Assembly (NCBI GenBank): GCA_039801225.1
Contig: JBDRUH010000002.1
Coordinates: 285-64,284, forward strand
DNA length: 64,000 nt
Origin: a candidate division WOR-3 bacterium
GTDB taxonomy: Bacteria > Hydrothermota > Tepidihabitantia > Tepidihabitantales > Tepidihabitantaceae
Reading direction: 5' to 3'
Shown here: positions 28,804 through 38,810 of the stretch, one piece after another
Layout of the letters: each line of letters opens with the position of its first letter
Position numbering within the stretch: the stretch's first letter is position 1
Program-made: the position numbers and the translations under genes
Notes under the pieces: generated by a model
Told to the model about the DNA's origin: nothing
Database searches by the model: none
What the model saw: the letters and a program-made list of their open reading frames with translations, nothing else

Positions 28804-29253
28804 CTATAATATTATCTTGCTCCCACACATCGGGTCAAGGACAACCTCACCTAGTTTCACTCCAAGAATATTCAGTATCCCCTTAATCAGTTGCGGATGA
28901 AATTTACCCCGATAGAGGAAGAGCCCATGCGTTGCATAGCCGGTGGAAAAGTTGCCCTCTTTGAAATATGACCTTGTCAGTTCGGACCTGCCCTGCCAGA
29001 TAAGCGGGCTGTTGTTTGAACATATCTGGAAGTGATTGGTTAATTTGCCATCAACGCTTTTGAAAAACGCACCCCGGGAGATAATTTCCTCTTTTGTCAG
29101 GAATTGATACTCATAAAAGGCAAAATCCAGTTCAAAAACCTCAGTGGTGTTGGGCAGAAGTTCATACTCCTGCGGAAACAAAACTGTATTTATTTTGGGC
29201 AATGCCGCTATCCGGTTGCCGGTGGAAATAAGTTCATTTATTTGGGCGGTCAT
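28804..29253 (-). pseudogene. Truncated N-terminal fragment of a DNA/RNA methyltransferase (ends inside motif I)
   Basis: The 149-aa ORF ends ...YRGKFHPQLIKGILNILGVKLGEVVLDPMCGS then KIIL-stop. The expected GSGT of motif I is replaced by AT-rich sequence, and there is no catalytic motif. Confidence 0.55.
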
Positions 29254-29464
29254 TTTATATATTCTGCCTTCACAGAATGTTAATAAAAACTGAAAATAGA
29301 ATCAAGGTAAGATAATGCCATAGGGAAAAAGTAACCAGAATAACAAAGTCTAAAGAAAAACTGCGGTTTGCCAAAGTCAATGCAGTAGTTTCTGAGTTGA
29401 GTAACCCGCTCTGGGCTAATTTTGGTTGGCGGTCGGTGCCAGTATCCCCTAATTTGATAATCAT

Positions 29465-30271
29465 TTGACTCATTTCATAAAGAGAGTGTCTATCTTAGAA
29501 AGTTGCGATTTTGTAGTTGCAACGATGTCTATTTTGACATTGGTTTCCATCCACAGGATAATCTTGGCAATGCCCTGGGCTGTGCTGTTTTTTGCTCTTT
29601 CCATTACTGAGAGGAGCGTGATTGAAAGTGTTTTTGTCCGTCAGGCTGAGATTGGTCGCAGGCTCGCCGGTGTAAATTACCTGGCGAATTTCAGTTATCT
29701 TGAGACCGACAGTCTGAATGGAACAACCAAGAGGCTTGGCTGTGTCCGCCGGGTAATGATGACCGGTTATGAAAAGCAAAGGGATGTTTTCCTCAGCGCA
29801 ACTGTTGATGGTAAAGAGGTTTATGGCGCAAGGATGAGGCGGGTTTGCCAGGAACTTAAAAGAAAAGGTCTGATTGCCCGCCAATCAATAATGCCTTTTC
29901 TGGTCTCAACAAGAGATGAATATGACTACGAGGTTATCAGAAATGATATGGTAAATGGTGAAAGTTGCTTGGTGATAGAGTTTTTTCCTAAAAAGGTGGG
30001 CAGTCGCCATCTGCGCGGCAAGGGTTATGTCTCCCGGAAAAGTTATGATGTTGTCCGCCTGGAGTTTTTGCCGGCAAGGTTGCCGTTTGTTGTTAGAAAG
30101 GCACGGATGGTGCTTGATTACAAACCGGTTCAGGGTTTCTGGCTGCCCTGCCGTTTTTCAATGTGGATGGAGTTGCGTTTGAAGGTCTTTAAGGAGTTTC
30201 TCCATCAGCGAATTGAGGTGGAGGATGTTTATGATGATTATCAACTGAGCCTGAGCCGATATGGATCTTAA
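29465..30271 (+). CDS. Hypothetical protein, possibly LolA-like outer-membrane lipoprotein-sorting fold
   Basis: 268-aa ORF with an N-terminal hydrophobic segment. The C-terminal half (GESCLVIEFFPKK..RGKGYVSRKSYDVVRLEFL..) weakly recalls LolA-like proteins. The start codon is uncertain. Confidence 0.35.
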   Translation: MTHFIKRVSILESCDFVVATMSILTLVSIHRIILAMPWAVLFFALSITERSVIESVFVRQAEIGRRLAGVNYLANFSYLETDSLNGTTKRLGCVRRVMMTGYEKQRDVFLSATVDGKEVYGARMRRVCQELKRKGLIARQSIMPFLVSTRDEYDYEVIRNDMVNGESCLVIEFFPKKVGSRHLRGKGYVSRKSYDVVRLEFLPARLPFVVRKARMVLDYKPVQGFWLPCRFSMWMELRLKVFKEFLHQRIEVEDVYDDYQLSLSRYGS

Positions 30272-30833
30272 GATAATAGTTTCTTTGGTACTCTTGCCGC
30301 TCAGCGGTTTTTTGTCCGGTTCGCTAATGTTTTCCTTCTGGTTTGGGCTTTGGCGCGGTAAGGACATAAGAAAGGTGGGTGATGGCAACCCGGGCGCGGT
30401 CAACGCCTTTAAATCTGCTGGACCTCTTGTCGGCACGCTCGGGCTACTTTTTGATTTTCTTAAGGGTGCACTGCCGGTCACTTTCGGTTACTGGTATCTT
30501 CATATCTCCGGAATTGCGCTGACCAACCTGATTGTCGCCCCGGTTCTCGGTCATGCCTTTTCACCCTGGCTGAGATTCCGAGGCGGAAAGGCGCTGGCAG
30601 TAACATTCGGGGTCTGGTCAGGAGTAACGCTCTATCAAGTGCCGGTTTTAATGGGCGCAACTCTTTTCTTCAGCCGTTTTGTTCTCCGTATCCGTCAGGA
30701 CGAAATTTGTGTTCTTTTAGCGCTCTTGGCGATGATGGTTTTTGTTATCCTGGTGTATCATTCACCCCCGCTTACTCTCGCGGCGATTTTGAACGCACTG
30801 ATTGTCGCATACAAGCATCGCGCAGAACTTTAA
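30261..30833 (+). CDS. plsY: Glycerol-3-phosphate acyltransferase PlsY
   Basis: 190 aa, polytopic, with a GDGNPGAVNAF motif and FDFLKG. Confidence 0.88.
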   Translation: MDLKIIVSLVLLPLSGFLSGSLMFSFWFGLWRGKDIRKVGDGNPGAVNAFKSAGPLVGTLGLLFDFLKGALPVTFGYWYLHISGIALTNLIVAPVLGHAFSPWLRFRGGKALAVTFGVWSGVTLYQVPVLMGATLFFSRFVLRIRQDEICVLLALLAMMVFVILVYHSPPLTLAAILNALIVAYKHRAEL

Positions 30834-31991
30834 ATGAACTTTAATAATTTCTTTTTTGACAGTTATCGGATTTTAATATTTGTGGCGGTGCAATTTTTGA
30901 TTGCGGTGAGCAACTGGTTCTTGTTGCGCCGTCCGAAAAAAGAACCGGATGTTAATCTCCAACCCAAGGTTTCTATATTAGTGCCGGCACGCAATGAGGA
31001 GAAAACGATTGCTGCCTGCGTTAATTCGCTGATTGAGCAGGACTATCCTGATTTTGAAGTGGTGGTTCTTGATGACCATTCTGAAGACAGGACCAGGGAA
31101 ATTTTAGCCAGCATCAGTTCAAGAAAGTTACGGGTGATTGCGGGGCAAGACCTGCCGGCGGGATGGACCGGTAAAAACTGGTCCTGTCATCAACTTGCTC
31201 AAAATGCTCTTGGTGAACTCTTTATTTTTACCGATGCCGATGTGGTATTTGAAAAGGGGACGCTCAGCCGAGTGGTAGCGATGAGGCAAAAAAACAACGC
31301 CGATATGCTTACAGGAATTGTCAGAAATGTCCTGCCAACTTTTGGCGAGCAGATTACCGTGCCCTTTCTTTTGTGGTCAATAATGGCGATATTGCCGATA
31401 GGAATTGCCCAGATCTGGCGAAGTTCCAAGGCATTTGTGGCGGCAAATGGTAAGTTTATGCTCTTTTCCCGAGCGGCTTACGAAAGGATTGGCGGTCATC
31501 AGGCGGTAAGGAGCGATGCAGCCGAGGATTTGGCTTTAAGCCGGCTGGTAAAAGGGGCAAGGATGAAATGGCTTTTGATTGACTTGACCGAACTGGTTTC
31601 AGCCAAGATGTATCACGGGTTTTTGTCCGCTTGGCGGGGTTTCAGCAAAAACTTTTTCGCCATATTTGACTACCGGGTTCTACCCGCACTATTTGTCTGG
31701 TTCTGGATGCTCTTGATTACCTATCACCCGCTGGTTACTGCCGCGGTCTTGATTGGCAATGGACAATTAAACGCCCATTTTCAGGCAGCGGCGGCAACAG
31801 TGGCGCTCTCACTTCTTATCTGGTTTATTACCGCTTTGAAAACAAAACTGCCGGTGACGGTAGTTTTATTATATCCACTAACAATGGCGGTCGCATCCTC
31901 TATCGGCATTTATTCGCTTATATTGAGCGTTCTTGGACGAACCGGCTGGAAAGGGCGGCGTTTGCCCAGACACCGAATCCGAATTGTTTAG
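30834..31991 (+). CDS. Family 2 glycosyltransferase (membrane-associated)
   Basis: VSILVPARNEEKTIAACVNSLIEQDYPDFEVVVLDDHSED, then FTDADV, and C-terminal TM helices. Confidence 0.8.
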   Translation: MNFNNFFFDSYRILIFVAVQFLIAVSNWFLLRRPKKEPDVNLQPKVSILVPARNEEKTIAACVNSLIEQDYPDFEVVVLDDHSEDRTREILASISSRKLRVIAGQDLPAGWTGKNWSCHQLAQNALGELFIFTDADVVFEKGTLSRVVAMRQKNNADMLTGIVRNVLPTFGEQITVPFLLWSIMAILPIGIAQIWRSSKAFVAANGKFMLFSRAAYERIGGHQAVRSDAAEDLALSRLVKGARMKWLLIDLTELVSAKMYHGFLSAWRGFSKNFFAIFDYRVLPALFVWFWMLLITYHPLVTAAVLIGNGQLNAHFQAAAATVALSLLIWFITALKTKLPVTVVLLYPLTMAVASSIGIYSLILSVLGRTGWKGRRLPRHRIRIV

Positions 31992-32109
31992 CCGGTGATT
32001 CCTAATAAGTTTTCCCCTTGAGATGTAAAATAACGCTTCCTTGACTGAAACAATATTTTCCCTATTCTTTTTATCGGCGATACTGGATATGATAGTGATA
32101 ACAGTTTTT

Positions 32110-32182
32110 GGGGCCGTGGCGCAGTTGGGAGCGCGTTTGACTGGCAGTCAAAAGGTCACGGGTTCAAGTCCCGTCGGCTCCA
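32110..32182 (+). tRNA. tRNA-Ala (anticodon GGC)
   Basis: Acceptor GGGGCCG/CGGCTCC with the G3:U70 alanine identity pair. The anticodon loop is CTGGCAG. Confidence 0.88.
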
Positions 32183-32226
32183 GTGAAATTGTCGTTATCG
32201 GTTTTTAAAGTGAAAGGAGAACAGTA

Positions 32227-33414
32227 ATGTTTAATTTGAGGTCTTTCCTTGCCCTTTGCCTTTTGACTTTTGCCTCTTTTTATTGGTCCGGCGGCTGCGC
32301 CCCAACCCAAACGGTAAAGAAGTTTAGCGAAGAGGAGTCAAAGGCGCGGCGGGATTCTGCCCAGCAGAGTTATTCTATTGGCGCCACATATTATCAGCAG
32401 GGTGACTATGAGTCGGCACTGGCAAATTTCCAAAAGTCGCTGGAATACGACTCGCTTTACTACGACCCTTATATTGCCATTGGCAACATCTATCGCAAGC
32501 GCCGCGATGCCAGTCAGGCCGAAGAGAACTTTCGCAAGGCGATGAAAATTGACCCGAGAAAGGCAAAGGCCTACGAGGCGTTAGGCGACCTTTATCTGGA
32601 AATGGGGAGAGATGAGGAGGCGCTGGCGGTTTATCAAGCCGGACTTAAAGAGGACTCCACTCTATCAGACTTATACAATGGCATCGCCGATATCTATGTC
32701 CGGAAGGGTATGATACAAGAGGCGGATTCGGTTTATAAAATTGCCCTCAAGCGGTTTCCCGATGACCCGGCGGTGCAAAGGCTCTGGGGCGAGTTTTTAT
32801 ACAAGTCGGGAAGATACCGCGAGGCGGTTGATGCTTTGAAACCGTTAGTGGCAAGGTTCTCCTCCATCCCGGCTTTAAGGGCGAAACTTGCCGATGCGCT
32901 GATCGAACTGAAGGAGTATAAGGCGGCACTGGCACAACTGGACACCCTTTTGACAGTTGACCCGAATAATTATCAGGCAAAGTTGCGCCAGGGGGTAATC
33001 CTGGGGCGTCAGGGGCAATATCGCTCAGCAATCGCCAAGTTTGATGAGGTGATTGCTAAAGATTCCACTCTGGCACTCGCCTATCTTTATAAAGGCGAGG
33101 CGTTGGGCGAGCAGGGTAATTACTCGGCTTCGGATGCCAATCTCCGTCGTGCCCTGTCACTTGACCCTACTCTTCTCCAAGCCTATATTGACTTAGGTGA
33201 TAACCGGCGTAAGCAGGCGGATGCCAATCGGGGAGGTAATATTACCCAGACATCCACCGCAAAACTAAAAGCGGCAAAGGCACTTTATGAAGAGGCAAGG
33301 GAATACTACCAGAGGGCGTTAAGCGACCCAGTATTAGCCAATTATGCTCGGGCACAACTGGAATATATCGCAAAGAATCTCAGTGCCATTGAAAAGGAAC
33401 TGTTTGTCCGTTAG
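32227..33414 (+). CDS. TPR-repeat lipoprotein
   Basis: A signal peptide with a lipobox-like SGGC, then repeated 34-aa TPR units (A..Y..G....G.Y..A...F.kAl..dP). Confidence 0.8.
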   Translation: MFNLRSFLALCLLTFASFYWSGGCAPTQTVKKFSEEESKARRDSAQQSYSIGATYYQQGDYESALANFQKSLEYDSLYYDPYIAIGNIYRKRRDASQAEENFRKAMKIDPRKAKAYEALGDLYLEMGRDEEALAVYQAGLKEDSTLSDLYNGIADIYVRKGMIQEADSVYKIALKRFPDDPAVQRLWGEFLYKSGRYREAVDALKPLVARFSSIPALRAKLADALIELKEYKAALAQLDTLLTVDPNNYQAKLRQGVILGRQGQYRSAIAKFDEVIAKDSTLALAYLYKGEALGEQGNYSASDANLRRALSLDPTLLQAYIDLGDNRRKQADANRGGNITQTSTAKLKAAKALYEEAREYYQRALSDPVLANYARAQLEYIAKNLSAIEKELFVR

Positions 33415-33420
33415 GATAAT

Positions 33421-33924
33421 ATGTTGAACCGACCGGTTTTGCTTTTAAATCAGAACTACGAGCCGCTTTCGGTATGCCGGATTAGAAGGGCACTGATATT
33501 AATGTTAAGCCATAAGGCAGAGCCGGTGGAAACATCTGAATTTGCCGTGCACTCTGTTAACTTCACCATTCCTGTGCCCAGTGTTTTGCGGTTGAATTAC
33601 TATGTGCAGATCCGGCGCCGCGAGGTGCCGCTCACCAAAAGAAACATTCTGAGACGGGACAACTACACCTGCCAGTATTGTGGTGTCCGAAAGCCGGTTA
33701 TGACCACCGACCATGTCATTCCTAAGGCGCTCGGTGGCACAGACTCCTGGGAGAATATGGTTTGCGCCTGCTCCGAGTGCAACGCCCGTAAGGAAAATAG
33801 AACTCCCGCCCAGGCGAATATGAAACTCCGGCGCAAGCCTAAGACCCCTCACTATATAACTTTTGCCGTTAACGCCTTGGAAGAAATTCCGGAGGCTTGG
33901 CGTCAGTATCTTTTCCTCAGTTAA
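33421..33924 (+). CDS. HNH endonuclease-domain protein
   Basis: CQYCG...TTDHVIPKALGG..WENMVCACSECNARK (HNH/ENDOVII motif). Confidence 0.85.
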   Translation: MLNRPVLLLNQNYEPLSVCRIRRALILMLSHKAEPVETSEFAVHSVNFTIPVPSVLRLNYYVQIRRREVPLTKRNILRRDNYTCQYCGVRKPVMTTDHVIPKALGGTDSWENMVCACSECNARKENRTPAQANMKLRRKPKTPHYITFAVNALEEIPEAWRQYLFLS

Positions 33925-35614
33925 ATCCCACCCTCGGCTATCAACCTTTTTTATTCTTGTCTTTTGTCTTTTGCAATTCGGTTCACTCGGTATATCTTCA
34001 ACCGAGTTTGGCGAGCGGTGGCGGATAGCAACGGTTAAGGTAACCGGCAAAGGTTTACCTAAAGGAACCTCCCCCAATTTAAAAGCCGGCGACACGGTAG
34101 ATTGCCGGCTTCTTGAAGACAATAGAATCAGCATCAAGCGTTTTTTACAGGAACGGGGGTTTCTGTGGTCAGAGGTAAAACTGGATACGATGATTGAGTC
34201 GGACCGAATAAAAGTTCACTATCAGGTCAATCTCCAGAAGCCGGCGAGAATCGCCCGATGGTTAATTAATGGTCAAGAGAGTATTCCAGAACAGGCGCTC
34301 ACCGCTGTGCTGCCGAAAAGAGGGGCGATATTCACCACCAAGGCGCTCAGGCGGTCGGTCAAAGATTTAATAAAAATCTACGAAAAAAAGGGCTTCCCTT
34401 TTGTCACGGTTACTCCGACCGGGATAAGGGAAAGTACCGAGAGAGAAAACGGCGCTGAATCGGGCTGGGTCTATCCCGTTTTAACCATTCAGGAAGGACC
34501 AAAGGTTAAAATAAATTTTGTTACATTTACCGGGGCTAAAAAGACCGCGGAAAATCTGTTGCTTCGTTACGCCGGTTTCAAAAAAGGCACGGTGTATTCG
34601 GGTGAGGTGATAAACCTGTGGCGAAAAAATTTAGAGAAGAGCGGCTGGCTCAAGGTGGACAGTGAAGACCTGGTTGTTGGACCTGAAGAGAGTTATGGAA
34701 TAAGATTCTATATTTCAGAAAAACTGAGCAGCGAGTTCTACGCCACCATTGGCTACCTTTCTGAGGAAAAAAGATTGGTCGGATGGGCAGGTATAAAGTT
34801 GCTAAACTTACTTCAGTCCGGCCGAACCTTAGCCGGGGAGTGGCGGTCAACATTCCAAAGGGCTCACTACCAGTTAAGTTATACCGAGCCTTGGGTCCTG
34901 GGCTCACCAGTAAATATCACCGGTTTTGCCAAACATGAAGCGATTGACACCACTTTCGCATTTACTATTCTTTCCCTCACCGCTATGACTAGAGCAAAAG
35001 CCACCGACTTCCAACTGGGTTGGGGAATTGAGCGGGTTGCCGGGTTGGTTAACGCTCAGACCGTCTGGCTGTCAACCGGCTTTGTTTTTGATAACCGCGA
35101 CCCGAATCGTTTCAGGGGATTATTGGGACGGTTAGAAACCCGGGTCGGCAATAGAAATAAACCGAGCGAGGGTTTAAGCATTCTCGGACGAATGGAAGGC
35201 GATTTTTGCCCGATTTTGCCTCTAGGGGGAAAATTTTCCCTGTTAAATAACTACAGCGTGCGCATGGTTTTTAGCCGCAAAGAGCTGACTCCTCCTGAGT
35301 TGTATCAGGTAGGAGGTATGGGCAATGTCCGGGGTTATCGCGAAGGCTGGTTCATTACCACCAGAATGGGCTGGTGGAACTGCGAACTGCGCTATCATTT
35401 TCCCCGCCGTTCAATATTGCAACTGTTTGCCGATGTTGGGGTATATGAAAAAAGGACTGCTGATGCTCGCTCGGTCTGGACTCCTATTGCCGGCTATGGA
35501 ATTGGCGGCAGGTGGCGGACAAAGATAGCAACCGTCGGCATAGACTATGGGGTTCCGATTCCGGAATCGCCCTTGGAGGGTAAGGTGCATATAAGTTTTG
35601 CCGCTGAGTTTTAA
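33863..35614 (+). CDS. BamA/TamA-family outer-membrane protein (POTRA + surface-antigen beta-barrel)
   Basis: 583 aa with POTRA-like repeats (e.g. IKIYEKKGFPFVTV). The C-terminal barrel ends in a ..ISFAAEF aromatic terminus. The start overlaps the HNH gene by 62 nt and is uncertain. Confidence 0.7.
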   Translation: MPLTPWKKFRRLGVSIFSSVKSHPRLSTFFILVFCLLQFGSLGISSTEFGERWRIATVKVTGKGLPKGTSPNLKAGDTVDCRLLEDNRISIKRFLQERGFLWSEVKLDTMIESDRIKVHYQVNLQKPARIARWLINGQESIPEQALTAVLPKRGAIFTTKALRRSVKDLIKIYEKKGFPFVTVTPTGIRESTERENGAESGWVYPVLTIQEGPKVKINFVTFTGAKKTAENLLLRYAGFKKGTVYSGEVINLWRKNLEKSGWLKVDSEDLVVGPEESYGIRFYISEKLSSEFYATIGYLSEEKRLVGWAGIKLLNLLQSGRTLAGEWRSTFQRAHYQLSYTEPWVLGSPVNITGFAKHEAIDTTFAFTILSLTAMTRAKATDFQLGWGIERVAGLVNAQTVWLSTGFVFDNRDPNRFRGLLGRLETRVGNRNKPSEGLSILGRMEGDFCPILPLGGKFSLLNNYSVRMVFSRKELTPPELYQVGGMGNVRGYREGWFITTRMGWWNCELRYHFPRRSILQLFADVGVYEKRTADARSVWTPIAGYGIGGRWRTKIATVGIDYGVPIPESPLEGKVHISFAAEF

Positions 35615-36397
35615 ATGAGCCTCCTGCAGGGTATTCTTTTAGGATTGGTGCAGGGGATAACGGAAATTCTGCCGATCTCCAGTGATGGTCATCTGGCAAT
35701 TTTACAGTATATCTGGAATATCCCCGAGGCGGTTCGGGTGAATTTAACCGCCGCTTTACACCTCGGCACCGCCCTGGCAATTCTCTTTGCCTTCTGGCAC
35801 CGACTTAAGGAGATAATAACCGGGGTGTTTACCGCTGAGCCAGTAAAAAGACGGGAAAATATCAAATTGGTGATTTTTATCTTTTTCGCCTCTTTACCAA
35901 CCGTGTTCGCCGGTATTTTTATCAAAGATTTAATAGAGAAATTTTTTACCCAGAAGAGTTTCATCGCCATTTTTTTCTTGCTTAATGGCACACTGTTATA
36001 TCTCACCCGCTATGCAAAGGAAAAAAGGGATTCGCTTAACTGGGTGACCGCGATTCTAATTGGTTTAATTCAGACTACCGCCCTTTTACCGGCAATATCC
36101 CGCTCCGGAACCACCATCAGCCTGGCGGTTCTTTTAGGGGTCTCGCGGAAAAAGGCGTTTGACTTCTCCTTTCTCCTCGCTGTGCCCGTTACCATCGGGG
36201 CGGCACTATTTGAACTACTCCAAATAGACTTTTCTCTCCTTGCCCCGGGCGCGGTATTTTTAGGAATTTTCCTCGCCGGCGCATCAGGGGTTTTAATGGT
36301 TTTTCTCCTGCGCCGCTGGGTTACAAGTCAGCGATTTTTTTTGTTTGGTGTCTACTGTTGGTTAATGGGACTGTTAGTCCTTTTCCTGTTGCGTTAA
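35615..36397 (+). CDS. uppP: Undecaprenyl-diphosphate phosphatase
   Basis: GLVQGITEILPISSDGHLAI, later PAISRSGTTIS, and a polytopic topology. Confidence 0.92.
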   Translation: MSLLQGILLGLVQGITEILPISSDGHLAILQYIWNIPEAVRVNLTAALHLGTALAILFAFWHRLKEIITGVFTAEPVKRRENIKLVIFIFFASLPTVFAGIFIKDLIEKFFTQKSFIAIFFLLNGTLLYLTRYAKEKRDSLNWVTAILIGLIQTTALLPAISRSGTTISLAVLLGVSRKKAFDFSFLLAVPVTIGAALFELLQIDFSLLAPGAVFLGIFLAGASGVLMVFLLRRWVTSQRFFLFGVYCWLMGLLVLFLLR

Positions 36398-36678
36398 CGC
36401 AGTCGCTCCATTTTAGTCCCAAGAACACTGAGGTGTCCGTCATTCTCAATTAAATTGATAATCTTACTGCTATTCTGCTGAATCATCCGCCAGTCGGTAT
36501 TGATTAAAACCACCGCTATCAGCGACCGCTGCCACTGGTTCTGATAGTCAACTTCACAGAGGGCGATGTTAAAAGAACGGCGCAGTCGCTCAGTCAGACT
36601 GGTGAGAATGCGCCGTTTCTCCTTCAGGGAAAGGCATTCTCCTAAAAAACAGTCAACAAGCAGAAGGGCAATGTTCAC
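36394..36678 (-). CDS. DUF503 (YlxP-like) protein
   Basis: 94 aa with SLKEKRRILTSLTERLRRSFNIALCEV. It occupies the conserved position downstream of infB. Confidence 0.75.
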   Translation of the reverse strand: MNIALLLVDCFLGECLSLKEKRRILTSLTERLRRSFNIALCEVDYQNQWQRSLIAVVLINTDWRMIQQNSSKIINLIENDGHLSVLGTKMERLR

Positions 36679-36686
36679 ACCTTAAC

Positions 36687-38810
36687 TCAAAAAGTTTCCG
36701 TCTTCCGTGCCCCATCCTCTGTCTTCCGTGCCTTAATTTCCCTGGGCGTCTCTTCAATTGAATAGAACTCCAAGATATCGCCTATCTGGAGGTCCTTTAA
36801 ATCTTTAATTCCGATGCCACACTCATAACCGGTGGCCACCTCTTTTACATCCTCCTTGTAACGGCGCAGGGAGATAACCTCACTGGCAAACACCTCTTTA
36901 TTATCCCGGATGATACGAACTAACGCCCCACGAACCACCTTCCCCTCAGTAACAAACGACCCGGCAATAAGCCCTTGCCCAGGAATGGAAAACACCTGCC
37001 GCACCTCAGCATGCCCGAGGAAAACCTCCCTTTTCTCCGGTTCAAGCATTCCCAGCATCGCCGCCCGAACATCACCAATTGCGGCATAAATTACTTTGTA
37101 AGTCCTTATCTCTACACCCTCCTGTTCGGCAATCTGGCGTGCCTCGGCTAAAGGGCGAACATGAAAACCAACGATGATCGCTTGAGAGGCCTGGGCTAAG
37201 AGGACATCATTCCGGGTTATCGGTCCGACACCGGAGTGAATCACCCGGACTTTAACCTCATCAAGCGATAAACCCTCCAGCGCCTCGCGGAGCACCTCCG
37301 CCGAACCGGCAACATCAGTTTTGAGGACAATCTTTAACTCCCGGACCTGCCCTTTGGCAATCTGCTCCTGGAGTGCCTCAAGCGTCACCTTAGGTTTACT
37401 GGCCGCGAGAATCCGGTCCCTTTTTGCCAGCAAGCGGCGATGGGCAATTTCCCGGGCGGTGCGTTCATCACCTACCACCTCAAACCGTTCTCCAGCCTGA
37501 GGCAACCCCGAGAATCCTACTACCTGGACCGGAATGGATGGTGTGGCCACCTCAACCGGTAAAAACATCTCATTGAGCATATCCCGAACCCGGCCATAAT
37601 GCTCCCCGGCGACAAACGAATCACCCCGTTTGAGTGTGCCCTCCTGGATTAATACCGTGGCGATATTACCCCGCCCCCGGTCAAGTCGTGCCTCAATTAC
37701 CACCCCCTGGGCAGGACCGTCATAGGACGCCTTGAGGTCCATCTCCAGACTCAATACTAAAATTGCGTCAAGAAGCGCCTCTATCCCCTGACCGGTTACC
37801 GCCGATGTTTCTACACACACAGTATGCCCGCCATAATCCTCTACCCGAACATTATGACTGGCAAGTTGGCTTTTTACCCGGGCAGGGTTAGCCGTAGAAA
37901 GGTCTGATTTGGTTATTGCTACAATAATGGGAACACCAGCCGCCCGGGCATGGTCAAGCGCCTCTAAAGTCTGCGGCATCACCCCCTCATCGGCAGCAAC
38001 CACTAAAACGGCAATGTCGGTTACTTGCGCCCCACGGGCACGCATTGAGGCAAACGCTTCGTGCCCCGGCGTGTCAAGAAATACAATTGGTTTGTTGTTA
38101 TAGTAAGCAACATAGGCGCCGATATGCTGGGTAATGCGACCCACCTCTTGCTCCACCACATTAGTCTTTCGGATGTAATCAAGCAAGGCGGTTTTCCCGT
38201 GGTCAACATGCCCCATTACCACTACTACCGGTGGCCGGGGAAGTGGTTCACCGCGGACGACAGGGATCTCAACCTCTTCCTCCTCCTTTACCGCAATTTT
38301 GAACTCATCGGCAAGCAGCATGATGGTATCAATATCAAGCCGATGATTAACCGTTGCCCGCAGTCCTAAACTTAAACATTTCTTGATGATTTCCGAAACT
38401 GGCAAGTTAAAAACCTGCGCCAGTTCCGCCACCGTCATATAAGGGGTAACTTTTACCATTTGAGCGGTTGCCTCTTGCGACTCTTGAGTCTCCTCTTGTC
38501 CCAAACGCCTTTTCTTTCTTTCCCGGCTATAAACCTTTGGCGCGGGTTGTTTAACCTTCAACCCATCCTTCGGCTCTTCTAACTGAGCCGGTGGCGCCTT
38601 GGGAGTTGTTATCTCGCGTCGGCGCCGAATTGACTCCTTAAACTGATGCTTCTCCCGGCGCAGATGCTGTCTTGCCGCATTAAACTCCTCTTCAGTAATA
38701 TAGGAGGTGTAACCGCGCGGTGGAAAGTTCAACTCTTTTAGTAGGGCAATAAGCGCCTCACTGGAGAGGTTTAACTGTTTTGCCGCCTCAAATACCTTTA
38801 ACTTGCCCAT
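36687..38810 (-). CDS. infB: Translation initiation factor IF-2
   Basis: G-domain [25 protein letters not shown] and TKSD in a 707-aa protein. Confidence 0.97.
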   Translation of the reverse strand: MGKLKVFEAAKQLNLSSEALIALLKELNFPPRGYTSYITEEEFNAARQHLRREKHQFKESIRRRREITTPKAPPAQLEEPKDGLKVKQPAPKVYSRERKKRRLGQEETQESQEATAQMVKVTPYMTVAELAQVFNLPVSEIIKKCLSLGLRATVNHRLDIDTIMLLADEFKIAVKEEEEVEIPVVRGEPLPRPPVVVVMGHVDHGKTALLDYIRKTNVVEQEVGRITQHIGAYVAYYNNKPIVFLDTPGHEAFASMRARGAQVTDIAVLVVAADEGVMPQTLEALDHARAAGVPIIVAITKSDLSTANPARVKSQLASHNVRVEDYGGHTVCVETSAVTGQGIEALLDAILVLSLEMDLKASYDGPAQGVVIEARLDRGRGNIATVLIQEGTLKRGDSFVAGEHYGRVRDMLNEMFLPVEVATPSIPVQVVGFSGLPQAGERFEVVGDERTAREIAHRRLLAKRDRILAASKPKVTLEALQEQIAKGQVRELKIVLKTDVAGSAEVLREALEGLSLDEVKVRVIHSGVGPITRNDVLLAQASQAIIVGFHVRPLAEARQIAEQEGVEIRTYKVIYAAIGDVRAAMLGMLEPEKREVFLGHAEVRQVFSIPGQGLIAGSFVTEGKVVRGALVRIIRDNKEVFASEVISLRRYKEDVKEVATGYECGIGIKDLKDLQIGDILEFYSIEETPREIKARKTEDGARKTETF

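Noticed and set aside
33505-34137. 210-aa minus-strand ORF
   Set aside because: It is antisense to the HNH gene and the 5' end of the BamA-like gene. It has no motifs and a composition typical of a shadow frame.
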